Origin: Negaprion brevirostris
Lineage: Eukaryota
Assembly: GCA_030324005.1 (NCBI GenBank)
Contig: JARDVH010000110.1
Span: 35,365,483 to 35,429,482 of the forward strand
Length of the DNA: 64,000 nucleotides
Reading direction: 5' to 3'
Below the pieces are notes generated by a model that worked only from the letters and a program-made list of their open reading frames with translations, was not told the DNA's origin and did no database searches. The position numbers and the translations under genes were made by a program. Positions 50,061 through 63,509 of the stretch are shown here, in pieces; within the stretch, counting starts at the first letter, position 1; each line of letters begins with the position of its first letter.

Positions 50061-50601
50061 ACTCTCCATCAAAGCGAAAAAGACGTGCTTAAAAATATTG
50101 CTGCTGCTGCTACCGCAATAAAATATTCAAATGTTCAACACAGCTACTATCACTACTTTCGTTTAATTGCAAACCATTGGCCAGAAGTGCATCAAATGAT
50201 ATATAAAGAATGAGTGGTACCTTGGTTTCGAATTGTATGTTCATTTGCTGATCTATGTGTATTGTAAGAACACATGATTTTACACTTGTTTGCTGGCTAA
50301 AGGTCTGCTGTGCCAAAATATTCTGCAGTTACAATATGAGCTAAACAGATAGCCATGTTCCCAATATTTGTTTGTAATCCCTGTTCCTTTTGAGAATGAT
50401 AACAAAGTATGTGAAATAATTCTTTGGGATTAAATTTCTGATGACGCCATGAACTGCTTTGTTGCTTTTAACCCATAATTAGTACCAGCAGATATTCCAC
50501 AATGTTGCTGATAAGTTGGACGATACATTGCACAACAGCTCTATTGTTAGAGAAGTGTAATATGTAGCCAGTTTTAGGTCATTAATTTATAGAAAAGTTA
50601 T

Positions 50602-50792
50602 GGGTGAGATTCCCTGGCCTCCCTGCGGCGCGCTTTTCGGCGGTGGGATGTAGCGTGTCATGGCCGGCAATGGTGTCATCTGGTCACGCCACTACATTGA
50701 TTCCACCCCACACTGCCAGGAAACCATGGTGAGGGTGCACTGTTGATGAGACCAGAGGTTCCCGTCAGCATGAAAAGCCAGAAGGTTTTGCC
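50602..50792. mobile_element. Harbinger-type MITE with a 3-bp TSD
   Basis: tat|gggtgagattccctggc ... gccagaaggttttgccc|tat. Confidence 0.7.
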
Positions 50793-53700
50793 CTATGTTG
50801 TGTTTTTGTTACATATTCTAACATTCCCCACTTTAACCTATATTCCATCAGAAGTTTAAATCAGTGATTTTAATGATTACTTTGTACTTCCTTGCTAGGT
50901 ACCATGTATTCAGTTTCTATCATTTATCTATTTTAAACACAGGACTTACAGCAAGAGAGTTAGCAAAGTGTACCAGAATTTTCATGGTGGAATGTTAGGA
51001 TTTTGAGGGTGGGTGAATCTAGGAATTAGAATTGTAGTACTGGTGGTTGGACTGTGGTGGGGATTCTGGCATTGGGGCAACATTCAATGGAACATCTTAG
51101 GCATTCCACACAGGCATGTGTCTTCGCTGATGTTCAGCAACATCTAAGGGGCACCTGAGATTCATAATGAATTTTCCTAAAGTTGAAAATGATTTTCATT
51201 AGGATTTTGGGGTTTGGCACATATGTTTTCAGCCATAAAGACTGGGGGTGGGTTTGGGTGGGAGGGGGGATGGAAAAGCTGTTGCATTTGGGAAATGTGG
51301 TGATTGTCTCATCCTCATCATGAGATGTACAGATGCACTTTCACAGATGTTAGTTAGCGAATACAAAGGTATTTATTAATAAGATTTGTATAGCAGCCTC
51401 ATGGCTATAGCTATCTCTCAAAATGTCTCAGAACCTTTCTCATCTTGAGGTAATTCACAGAGTCTGAGTTGGTCTCCTAGAGCATGTGACCCATACTCTG
51501 CTGTGTTGCCCTCAAAGGAACAATCACCACAGGATGACACTTGGGCTTTAAAAGGATGGGGAATAGGTCCTGTAATATAGAAGAACCAGGATTTTGGAGT
51601 TGGGGATATGTTGCATGGAGGTATCATTGGACTTGGAATGGGAAATGGTCTTGAGAATTGGAGATCTGAATTAATGGCTGTAAAGTCTAACAACAAGAAT
51701 GGTGAGATTGGGGTCTGTGGGGCTTAATAGCAGTGTGAAGAGTTAACCTGGGTACGGACTGTATTTACAGCATAGAATCTGACAAGAATGGAGTCTGGAA
51801 GAACTTGAAGCAAAGTTTGCCAGAATTATTTATTTCCAGTGATACAAAAATATTTTTGGTTCTTGGAAAATAAAGAAAGCATTTCTGGTTATTAATAATC
51901 TGGGTCTCAAAAATTCTGCAGCTGCTCTGGGTTATAAACCCAGTAAAATTCTGCAAGAGAACATAGATTCTATAACTCATTCGTCTAATGTCTGCATTGT
52001 TTTAGTAACTCCTCAGAATGATTTCCTATTAGGCAAAGTGTAACAGTAGTTTTTTTATATATAATCTTTCAATATATAGTTGCCATAATTGCAATCAAGA
52101 AATGTTGGTTTAAAAAAGTGTAAACTGAAGAAGTATCAAGCTACAAACTCAAACATTTCTTCAACTGTGTTCAATTTATACAATGCCAATGTATTTTTAG
52201 TTAACATTAAAACAAAGAAAAACTAATATTCAATTCTCTCCTCCTTCAGCTTCAATTTTCTCGTGATGAATATTGCATTTTGCATTCTGAGGCTCTGCTC
52301 TATATCTGCAAAATTTGGGATACAGCAGCTGGAGGTCAAAGCAAGATGTGATACATGTGCTTGCACAAGTCTCTGGGGATTTACCCATCATTGTTTTTGA
52401 TTTGATCCCATAATCTTTACATAAATTTCAAATTTCTTGACTGAAATATTTTGACATTGCAGGATGGTATCCAACCTTTCTTTTCTGTTCAGAGCATTTG
52501 AAAACTTCAATACTTCAACAGCAGGCAACTGCGGCTAAGGCAAACTCTTCTGTGCACTTTGCCTCTCTCCCTCTGTTTCTCTCTCTTACCTCCTTCCCTC
52601 TTTCTTTTCTTATCCCAGCTGCCCATATATCCCTATCTTCGTTTTGCACTCTTGTTCTCTTCTTTTTCTCCTTGCCCATCTCCTTCTGATCCTCTTTCTC
52701 TCTTCATTCACTGTAGAGTCTATTTTCTTCTTCAGCATAAACGTGACTGATTCGAAGTGTAAACTTCTTTATTAAGTGTTCTTTATAATTAGCAATTTAC
52801 AGAAAGTGAAATAAGGATTACTGGAGAGAGAGAGATAGATAAAGAAATTGGCAAAAGCCAGCCAGCATTCTGCTGGTCAAAAAAAAACTCAATTCATAGT
52901 CTAACTAAACATAATTCTTTGTCTGTAGTATAACTGAATACTTGTGTTGTTAAAGAGCTGCATACAAGCAGTCTCTAGCTGCATAAACAATTGACATCTG
53001 TGGTCATGAAAGCTTCTGTTTACCTTATGAGAGAGCCTGTTTACCTTGCATTGTACTTTCAGAGAATGTAGCCAAGTTTTTAGGCTCAACCCAGAATTCC
53101 AAGCTGAGTTTTAAAATGTGGCCAAATTAGCTTAAAGCATAGCACAATTAGTTACATTATGTGGGAATACCTCAAAATGAAGCCTGGGCAAGCCACGGTA
53201 GAATCCCATGTCCACCTATTTAAGGTGGAGATTAGGAATAATTTCTTTTGCGGCTTCTCTTTACCACTTTGTTCTCCTTTGATATCTTTTCTACTGCCAG
53301 CACTATCCTCTCATCTCTTCTCCCCTTTCCTTTATTTCCCCTCCACTTTCTGACAGCCTCTTTGCCCATTTCTCACCATCTCCTTCTGCTCCTCTTCCTC
53401 TACCTCTATCAGGGCAATCTCAATCTGAAAGAGCAGAATAGATAAACATCTAACTTCACCTTGGACTTTCTACTGCTTCACTCTTGCTGTTTTCCCAATG
53501 ACTGCCACTTTAACCCCTCAGGTGTCTCAATCAGCTGAGATGATTGTCAGAGACATATGTAGGCAGTGACTTCATGAATATGTGCAATGTCAGTCGGATC
53601 CCCAGGAAGCTAATAATATGAAATTGGCTTCAAAACTAACTTTCTTCTTAAAAAGAAAGTGCAATTAATCACGTAATTAGAAGCTTTAGCCATCTTTTGT

Positions 53701-53949
53701 ACAAAGAATATGTAAATAGAGCTACGTCAATATATGTACCCACTTACTGCATGAGAAAAAGTCTTTCATGTATAAGTAGTAACAAACCTGTAAATCCCGC
53801 CTCAAGAGCCTCTTGAAGTTATTTAAGCAAAGGAAATAGAAATTGTGCAAGAATTGATGCAAGCATAAACATCCAGTCCATAGCAAAGATGTTTGGAAAA
53901 TGGGAAGCATGGGACAATCTACTTGATTTGCAGCAATGCCTATTTTCTA

Positions 53950-54150
53950 GCTGGGGGTTGCTCAGTTGGCTAGATGGCTAGAATGTGGTGCAGAATGACG
54001 CTATTAACATGGGTTTAATCCTGTCGCAGCTGTTATGGTTCATTTGCCTCTGTGCCAAATTGCTCCATGTTTGATGTGGAGTTGTGCCCCTTAAGCTATA
54101 TAACTACTTGTCTGTCTCTAATGCGGCCCTTCATGGATTACAGCTAATTA
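53950..54150 (+). mobile_element. tRNA-derived SINE, decayed
   Basis: ggttgctcagttggctagatggct...gggtttaatcc (A and B boxes). Confidence 0.6.
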
Positions 54151-55534
54151 TCAATTATCACGATTTTCTAGAAGATGGGCAGGCTTACCTCCATGTCACA
54201 ATCTCTGATCTGTGCCCAGCCAGGGTAAGGATCTGAGACAAGACTGAAGCTTGCAATATCAGCTTAAACTTTTCTCATGCAGGAAAAAAAACATTCAAAT
54301 CAATTAGATTACATATGAGATCCTATTAAATGTAGCGTTAAATGATTTACCGCATCCAACTAATCAACCATGAAATAAAACAGTTAGCAAAAGAAATCAA
54401 AAAGCAGCATCAGCAATGTGTTTTGGCAGAAGCTGAATGAAATTGTGTTTAAAGGCACAGGCCTTTCATATGAGTTGCCTGATTGGTGTGACACAATATT
54501 CACCACCATGACTCATGAAATGTTCTGAAGGTTGAATCATTCTTGAATTAGTGTGCATTCCCAATGCAATTCACACTATCCAGGCCTAAAGATACCAGTG
54601 CCAGGGTACGGAGAATTGGCCTGCTGGTCTCGATTGTTTATGGGTTTATGAGTGATAGCTCAGTAATCCCATGAGGCACCTGATATCTCTGTTCAATGCC
54701 TAAGTGCTATGGCTGGCCCTGATGGAGATTGAGGTTGTTTCTGCTCCATAATAAGTCAACTGAAACAAAAAGTGAAATTACTTCTTGGTGGCAACTATCG
54801 AGATACCATTAAGGATCTTTGTCAAGTGGTCAAGAATAAGTGCATTCTGTGGCCAGTCGCAAACTAATTGTGAAAATGGGACATTAAGCATGTCTTCCAA
54901 TTTGGAAATGCAAAGGCTTATTTTAGGACAGCTATAGAATGTGGAACATCTAAGCAAGAACCTTCAGTTCTTAAGTGCCTATTTTGCACAAATATGAGTA
55001 TGTTGCATATAAATGAAAATTGAGTTGATGTTTTAGCTGTTTCTGAATGGTGCTGAGGTGCATGAGTGGAAATGGCTGCACAGCTCTGATGCAAGTATTT
55101 GAAAAGTCATTATTAATTGTTTTAACTCAAAAATTACAGCTGTAGAAACAACCTTTATGTAAGTGATAATTATTTCTCATTGATTCCAAAATAACACAGA
55201 TGTTTCCCTGGTCTTTCTCAGCAAAACATGTTCTTTTTTGCAAAAAAAATGACAAAGGCTTTCATGAGCTACTTCTGTTCAAAAAAAATCTTCTTTAACT
55301 AACTATTTATATGCTGAGCAAAAGCACAATGGTATAAACACAGCTGGCACAAAACTCCACCCATCTGCCCTTTATCTTTACTGAATGAAGTTTTTAAAAT
55401 TCATTTTGCAGTTCAGTTCTCAATGACCAGTCGTTATCATTTGGAACAAAAAACAGAAAATGCTGGAACTATCCAGAAACTATAGCAACACACAAGGGGC
55501 AATAAAAAAGGTTAATGTTCCAATCAATGATCTT

Positions 55535-56215
55535 GGGAGGAATTTAGGAGTCCCCAAAAGATGGCAGTGTAGGTGGTGGGGGTGGTATGCCGATTACAAC
55601 ACCATGATAATCACCATGGCAGGGTGTGGCTCAGGACTCTTGAGTCATCCCCATTGAGACAGAGAGAATGAAGGAGCTAAAGGGAACTTGAAATGTGGCA
55701 AGTAGGTCCCCTTGTCGCTGCACAAGTGGCAGGAAGATGGGGCACGCAGTGCTCAGCCATTAAACAGGGCTACTACCTCTTGGCATCACGGCCAGAAGAG
55801 GGCACACAGCTGTTGAGAACACAGTAGGATGGTCACTTATACAAAAGAATAGCTGCAGCTGGAATTGAGGAATGACCATCAAATTTTGGACACAGAGGCA
55901 ATGAAGGGCAACAGCTCCTGCAGGAATAGCAGAACTTTAAGCATCAGGAGGGCATGGGAGAAGGACAAGCAGAAGAAAGGCAATGGAGATCTCACACTTA
56001 GCAGGATCTGACACCAAGAATGTACATAACCTAGAACTAATGCTGGAACTCTCCAGATATATGGTCACTGACATCTGTGGGCTTATTGCCAAAGACCTTG
56101 CAGATTCTAGTAATGGTCATCATGCTCTGTCAGTAGCCATAAAGTTACTGTGGCCTTGAACTTCTTTGCTTGTGGCCTCCCAACAGCAACTGGTCAGAGG
56201 ATCCAGGCTTTAATT
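55535..56215 (+). mobile_element. Harbinger transposon relic with transposase N-terminus
   Basis: ~56045-56180 reads LSRYMVTDICGLIAKDLADSSNGHHALSVAIKVTVALNFFACG, a HARBI1-like N-terminal segment; TIR-like gggaggaatttag at the start. Confidence 0.7.
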
Positions 56216-56844
56216 AAAGACTGGAGCCATGGAGAGAAATTGCTTTTTGTTTAAACAATTATTTTNNNNNNNNNNACCGTTTTGCATGAAGGCAAGTTGG
56301 GCTATCTCTGTTGAACTTTCCAATGTTTAAATCCAATGACTTAACGTTAGAATCACCTCCAGTGGTGTAGCTTCCTTATGTCTGCTCGAACAAGCAACCT
56401 TCCTTTGACACTACCAATGTGGATGGACTTGTGGTAGACACGTCTGAGCACTTACGCCAAGGTGCGATACTGCATGGATTTTCAGTGCCAAAATATCTAA
56501 CACATGCTTCGTGTCATCAACTTAGTCTACCATCAGATGTAAGAGCTAGCTTTCTGCATCACACTTCCAAGAAAGCAAAAATGAAATGAGTTTAGGATGT
56601 CAACAGTTTCTTGACTTGCAGCTATAATCCTACCCTTGGGTTATTTTGCTGCAGCTTCTTATTTGGCCCCTATGTGAATCCATTGCTCTCTGAATATTGG
56701 ATTGTGTTAGAGATCTATCTTAATGGGAGGTTTTATAGTGTCAATATGGTTGAGACATAATTGAAAAAGTTACTGCACAGGTTTTAAGTTTAACCTCATT
56801 TGAGGTAATAGTGCAGATAGTTCCACGCTCAAACCAAAACTTTG

Positions 56845-56970
56845 GCTTAGTCTTTGACCTGAAAGTGTAAACTGGTTTTTCTGTCCATAGATGCTGCCAG
56901 ATTTGCTGAGTATTTTCAGAATGTCCTGTTGCTTTGAGTTCTGGCATCCACCGTATTTTGCCTTTGCTTT
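56845..56970 (+). mobile_element. Penelope-like pLTR fragment (third family)
   Basis: gacctgaaagtg...ccatagatgctgccagatttgctgagtattttcag...ggcatccaccgtattttgc. Confidence 0.6.
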
Positions 56971-57206
56971 GTAGTCCAAAAGTCTGGTTCCTTAGGATAA
57001 TGGGGTAGCAATGAGAGTATAGCCAGGGTGCATGAAATATGCTCTCAGGACCTATAGATCTACATTTTCAGGATGGTGGGGAGCACATCCCCGCTGACTG
57101 ACAGACCCGCTGCATTCATTGGCAGCAGATGGGACTTCCTTCCTCACTTGGAAGTCCTGCCTTCGAGGTAGCTCTCCAGTATATACAGTGGCTGGAAAAG
57201 GCACTG

Positions 57207-58257
57207 CATAGAAACTAAAAGCAGGAGTAGGCCATTCAGCACTCAAGTCTGCTCCACCATTCATTTTGATCATGGCTTGTTATCGAATTCAATATCCTGA
57301 TTTCAACTCCCACTTCCCCCTATATCCCTTGATCCCTTTAGCCCCAAGGGCTCTATCTAATTTCTCCTTGAAATCACACAATGTTTTGGCCTCAACTACA
57401 TTTGATGGTAGTGAATTCCACACATTCACCACCCTCTGGGTGAAGAAATTTCTCCNNNNNNNNNNNNNNNNNNNNNNNNNNNNNNNNNNNNNNNNNNNNN
57501 NNNNNNNNNNNNNNNNNNNNNNNNNNNNNNNNNNNNNNNNNNNNNNNNNNNNNNNAATTCCACACATTCACCACCCTCTGGGTGAAGAAATTTCTCCTCA
57601 CCTCAGTTTTAAAAGGTTTACCCCTTATCCTCAAACTATGAGCCCCAAGTTCTGGACTCCCCACTACTGGGAACATTCTTTCTGAACCTACCCTGTCTAA
57701 CCCTGTTAGAATTTTATAAGTTTCTACGAGATCCCCTCTCACTCTTTTAAACTCCAGTGAATATAATCCTAACAGACTTAGCCTCTCCGCATATGGCAGA
57801 CCTGCTACCTCAGGAATCAGCCTGATAAAGCTTCACTGTACTTCCTCTATAGCAAGAGCATCCTTCCTCAGATAAGGACACCAAAACTACACACGCTATT
57901 CCAGATGCAGCCTCACCAATGCCCTATATAATTTGCAGCAAAACATCCCTGTATTGAAATCCTCTCACTATGAAGACCAACATAACCATTTGCTTTCTTT
58001 GCTGCCTGCTGTACGTGTGTGCCTACTTTCAGTGGCTGATGTACAAGAACTCCAAGGTCTCATTGCACATCCACCTCTTTGAATTTGCACCCATTCAAGT
58101 AATAATCTGTTTTCTTATTATTGCTACCGAAGTAGATAACCTCACATTTATCCACATTACATTGCAACTGCCATGCAGTTGCCTGCACACGCAGCCTGTC
58201 CAAATCACGATGAAACACCTCTGTATCCTCCTCAAAGCTCAGCCTCCCATCCAACAT
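57207..58257 (-). mobile_element. CR1 RT C-terminus and 3' UTR, inserted into a Harbinger-like element (57055-57205 and 58260-58730)
   Basis: DLDRLRVQATAWQLQCNVDKCEVIYFG...RGDLVETYKILTGLDRV...RNFFTQRVVNVWNSLP...FKEKLDRALGAKGIKGY. Confidence 0.93.
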
Positions 58258-59572
58258 TGTAGTGCCGTACCGGGGATTAAGTGCAAGGAGCCAGTGTCAA
58301 GGTAAGTGGAACAGATCTCAGGGAGGAATGTCCTGGGTGGGAGAGGAAGTGGTCACCAGGGGGTGATCCCAGTGTCAAGGGATAGGCTGGAGCTGAGCAG
58401 AGAGACCAGGAGTTCTCCGGTCTATGAGGAAAGTGTGGCACCCATCAGGAAGGGCCCTCTGATGGATTCCCGTTTGGGATCGAGGATGAGGACTTTGTCT
58501 ATTTCCCACGCTCCATCATCGGGTGCCTGCCAGCCTGAAAATTGAGGCTGAGTGGGAAAAGGTCCTGTGACCACTTAAGAGGCTTAACAGTGCAAGGGTA
58601 GGCACCTCATCCAAGGCCTTTGTAGCCCCACTATGTCTGCTGTATAGCTGGTGGGATCATGTGATTTAATATCCCCCCCCATCCTCGCTTTCCCCAGTGC
58701 CTCAAAACCAAGGGGGCACAGAACATTCAGGCCATCTTTCCCATTACATAGCCTGGGCTTTTTTCCAAATTACCCCCTTAAATGGGATAGTAAATGAATT
58801 AACCTGGGAATCTAAAGGCCAAGGTCTTGAATTTGCCGCAAATGATCCACACCTGAACTATTCTAACAAAGAAAAACTTACCTTCTTTAATGTCACAACT
58901 CATTATCCCAACCCTGGTCCAAAACTCACCCCAAATAATTACTGTCAGATATGCAGCAGTTGACAGCAGGAAGGTATCCCTGAGGCAGATGCCATACTGA
59001 GGAGACTATTTGTGCATGGTTGTTGAACGTTAATGTTACTTTGCCTGCATATTGATTTCTAGTTATCTGGGGAGTGTGTCAAAACTTTCAAAGTGTCAGA
59101 AATCACACTTCAAACACTGCTTGCATTGGATATATATGTATTTTTTCTGATGGGAACCACTTATTCCTCCAAGAAAGAGAGGAAGTGAATGAGGACATGG
59201 AAGAGGCTAATGGGAGACCTTTAGAATCTCTTCACAGAAAGCACCTCTTTGACTGACCAAGATCTATAGACCATGAAGGCTTACTAAGAATTATCTGGCT
59301 ATTAATGTTGCAAGAGATTGAACCCCCACAGGAGGTTATTGTGAAAACATAACAAATGATGTCTGGGATCCTCAAATCTATTTGCATCAGATAAAGAGCA
59401 TTGTCTGTTGGAGACAAAGTCATCACTATTTGCCAACAGCAGATGCTCACCACAGTAGTCAGGTAGATGCTCTACACGCCAGTAAGAAAGTCATTTGCAT
59501 TCTAACCAGGAGGGTTTCACAATTAAAATCTTTCCTAATGGAAATAAGCAGAAAAAAGGGAGAGTGCTGTAT

Positions 59573-62500
59573 TGTTATATCATTCATTAAGACATAGGAA
59601 CTAATTTTTATTGGAATGTACATCTGGGGTGTCATATTTTACTGCTGCACTGCTGTCATGTGCCAAATATCAATGTATCAATCTACCAGCCACATGGAGA
59701 GCTGGAAGATGCATACTGAATAAGACTCCAGCATTTTAAATTCCAAGTGTGATAATTTCTTACGGGAACCAGATACATAACATTTTGGCAGTGCTTGTCT
59801 GAGTATAAAATCTACAACATCTAAGACAAATTTAATGCTTAATTAGGTTGAAAATTCAACCCAAATTAACATAGAAAAAGAGAGGAAAGACTCAAGTGAA
59901 TCATGCTCAAAACAAAATGGCCACTGCAGCAATAAACTGCCAACTCCAGCCTCTGGTGAATTGGGAAGCTGATTGTATCTTAAGGGGCATTTGAGAAGTT
60001 GAAGCAAAAGTTTAAACTAACATTCAGTAGCCTTCCAAAAGGCAGATAGTGAAGAGGGAAAGGTCAGCGACATCCTTTTGTAGACAGAGAAAGGGTTAAG
60101 TTTGTTTGTTTGATTGGCAACTGAGTAAAGTTGGCAAAACTTCTGAAAAATTCAATACACCTCCAGCCAAAGTCAAATTATTGGGTCTACTGATATGAAT
60201 TCCAAGGCATAAGGCAGAAATCAGGTGAGCCTGTTGACAATTACATCACAAGGTTGAAAAATGCAGCCAGAAATATGTAATTTTAATGATAGAGGTAAAA
60301 ACCTAATGGATTGGCTAATTTCAGGCTCTGCACTCACTGAAGTACAAAAGGATTTAATTGAAAAGGACAAGCTCACAATATCACAGGCTGCAGAAATTGT
60401 CAGAGCACTTGGAGCAATGAATAGACATGAAGATATTTACTACACTAATGGTTAGCTTTTGGTTAAGTCAAGAGAAAGGCAGCAGAGGTTTTGCAGTGTA
60501 ACAGGAACAAATGAATGCACACCAGACAAACTGAAAGGTATGCAAGAGCTGCAGATGACCACATGAGTTCAGAAACAGAAGGAAATACCCTGCATATGGA
60601 TCAAATTGTATAGCTTGTACATAAAGGAGGAAAGTGGTAAATGAGTTATTAGAGACAGAACAACAAGGCAAATGAGAACTAAAAAAGGATGAATGCAGCT
60701 ATATCCTTGAAGATAATGGTGGNNNNNNNNNNNNNNNNNNNNNNNNNNCTATACAACTAATGAAATGTTTGGATGTGACCATACCCAGGGAAATTAATTC
60801 ACGCAACCATTCAGATCAGGAAAAAGGTGGGAAATGAGCCTACAGCTATAAATCTGAAACTGAAGCTTGACATGGGAATACAGAGTAGCATCATCCCACT
60901 CTGTAGACCTGAAGGTCTTTCCTGAAAATTTGAAGGAAAATTGTTATCCAAGGAAATATGCTTTGAACCCAGGCAAGGCCCTGTTAATAGCGTGCACCAA
61001 AACTGTGATTCAACAGTTAGGAGCAGCTCAGATCAGAACTACAAAGGGAAAGCTGTTAATTGTATATTCAGTGTTACTGAAACAGATGGTTCTGCTGTCC
61101 TGGAGTTGAGCAATTACAAAGTGCTGCAGCTTATCTCAGGAAGCCTTGAGATGAAGGAAACCATACTGAGGATTGAAGATATACACCCATTGAATCTGAT
61201 CAGAAACAAGGAAGATCTGGTACAAATGCATCCTGAGTGTTTTGACGAGATGGTTCACCAATCAGACTTGCTCCAGTGATGAAACCAATGATTCACCTCC
61301 CACATACACTACCAACAGCATTGAATGGAAAGCTTGAAAGAGAGATCCAAGAAATACATAAAAGGAAGTGATCGGCAGAGTTGTAGAGCACACAGGTTGG
61401 GTAAATTACATCATGGTGAGAAGGAAGCCAAATTGACAGCTAAGAATTTGTCTGGATCCAAAATTCCTAATCAATCAATAAAGAGGAATCACTATTTCAA
61501 CATTGAGAGAGATCAGGGGCAAAGGTTCTCAGCAGGTTTGATGATTCTTCATGGTTGAAAACATTCAACATACCCTTTGGCTGACACAAATTCCTACGAC
61601 TACCTTTGGCCAGGATGTATTCTACAGAAAGTAGATGAGGCACACTAAGGATGCAAAGGAGCAGTCAGCATAGCTGATGGTATGCAGATTTATGATATAG
61701 TTGAAAAAGATTATAATTATCTTCTGCATTAAGCCATGGAGAGAACCAAGAAAGCTAGGCTCAAACTAAACCAGACATGTGCATTGTAAACGTGACAGGA
61801 TGCCAGTTCTTCAAATTAGTGTACAAACCAGATGGAATCAAGCCACGCCCTGAAAACGTCACAGGACTCTCTGAGATGGAAGCTTGAAGACACAACAAAG
61901 AACTAAGAAGTTTCCTTGGCCTGATCCAATATGTGAGTTTTTTCATATCTCATGTCAGGGTACACAGCAAACCTGCAAGCTAATGAAAGATAATGTTGAA
62001 TACCATTGGTCAAAGCCACATGAGTTTCAGCAGAAGCAATATTCAGGGAGACAAGTCTATCATTTTACAATAGAAAGCTGTCACACTGCAATTGGGAGAG
62101 CCAAGTTGTGGGGAGATAGGATTGGGTTGGGGATGGATTTGGGCTGGGTTGGGCCTCAGTGTGAATGTTGGACCTCGGAGGGAGGGGTATGGGGTTGGGC
62201 TTTGGGGTGGAGCAAGGGGTGGGGGTCAGAATCTGGTCTGATTGAGGGTTTGGTGGGGGAGTGGAATCCCTGCAGAGGAGTGTGTGGAATCGCATGAGTT
62301 GGGGAAGTCCTGTTGAGTGGTGCAGTCACTTGGGATGGGGGAGCTCATGTGTGAGAGGAGGGGGTGTCCTGTGGAGGTTATGGGATGTGGGACGAAGTTC
62401 CAGGAAGGTTGGTGTGGGTCTGTACCATAGTTACCCAGAAGGTAGCATTTTTAACTCTTCTAACATTTCCTAGATAACAATTGATATAACCCAGTCGGAA

Positions 62501-62909
62501 TCACTCAAAGTTTATGACTTAAATGGCAATCTTGGATGGTTCCCAATTGAGGACAATTGCTCAGAAGATGTTTGCAAAGTCTGGGCAATGGCCATGCAAA
62601 TCTTACCTGGGAATGTGCAAGAGGGGTTGCAACCCATCTTTAGAATAATCCCCCATCCTGAATATGATGTCCTGGAGCTTGAAAGTTATGGCCCTATACT
62701 TTTTAAAAGAAAGATGTTACATTATTTGTAAAGCTTTAGGAACTAATTGTACTGAGAATGTAGCTCTAGGGTGCTACGTTTTACTGTGGCACTGCAGTCA
62801 TGTGCCAAGTAACAATCTGTCAGTACAACAGTCACATAGCTTGATAAAGTCCAGCATTTTGCATCTGAAGTGTTATTATTTCTAAGTTACGGGAACCAGA
62901 GGCATAGCA
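59573..62909 (+). mobile_element. Decayed Gypsy LTR retrotransposon with both LTRs; integrase deleted
   Basis: 5' LTR 59573-59782 (tgttatat...acataaca) followed by a TGG PBS-like site; 3' LTR 62715-62909 (tgttacat...gcatagca) preceded by purine-rich aaaagaaaga. Gag has CNFNDR...LISGSALTEVQKDLIEKDKLT and CKSC/YPAYGSNC. RT has LRICLDPK and QDVFYRKVDE...VSIADGMQIY...RLKLN. Confidence 0.88.
62093..62695. mobile_element. Non-autonomous Harbinger-like element inside the Gypsy copy
   Basis: G-rich block followed by atagttacccagaag...gaaagttatggccc; replaces the RNase H/integrase region. Confidence 0.5.
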
Positions 62910-63509
62910 AAAAGCTATTCAGCCCTCCAGACTGGGAGGAACAAGTGACAATTGACAGGACACATGTGGTATGTCAAACCACTCAACTTTATGAATGGGA
63001 TAGGCTTTCTTTTATAGTAATGTGAAGGTAGTATCATGCAAATTAACTTACCCTCGTGTCACCCAGGAAGCTGTTCCAATGCTTTCATCACAAGTCAGTT
63101 CATTATATTAGCCCTCATGACACTGGTTGATTCATCTCAAGGTAGCAGTGCTCTTTCCTTTGGGTACAAATCTAGTAAGGCACAGGCAGTTCCAGTCAGA
63201 GCGAATCAACTAATACAATGAGGCTGATGCCAGTGCAAGAAATGTCATAGAACAAACTATAAAATTCCTCAAGCTCTATTTTACATGATGGGGAACTCCA
63301 GTGGAGGTCTGAAATACACCCTGAAAGATGTATCGTAAGTGACATTCTGTATAATGTCAAAGTGAACAAAGGTTTACTGCATCTATGTACTCGTGGTGCT
63401 GATGGCAATGATTGGATCTCTCTTCCCATATGAGGAGATTTAACATGAAAGTGTGGGGATAGCAGAGTGCTCTGCTATCAGTGGCACTTTCATCTCCGCA
63501 CACAGAAGT

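Noticed and set aside
52249-52351. Acceptor-like site followed by ...KIWDTAAGGQ, reminiscent of Rab WDTAGQ or WD40
   Set aside because: The surrounding residues do not match, there is no good donor, and a stop follows shortly.
63046-63175. Minus-strand acceptor/donor pair (ctag...GG|gtaagt)
   Set aside because: All three frames contain stops; no support as a coding exon.
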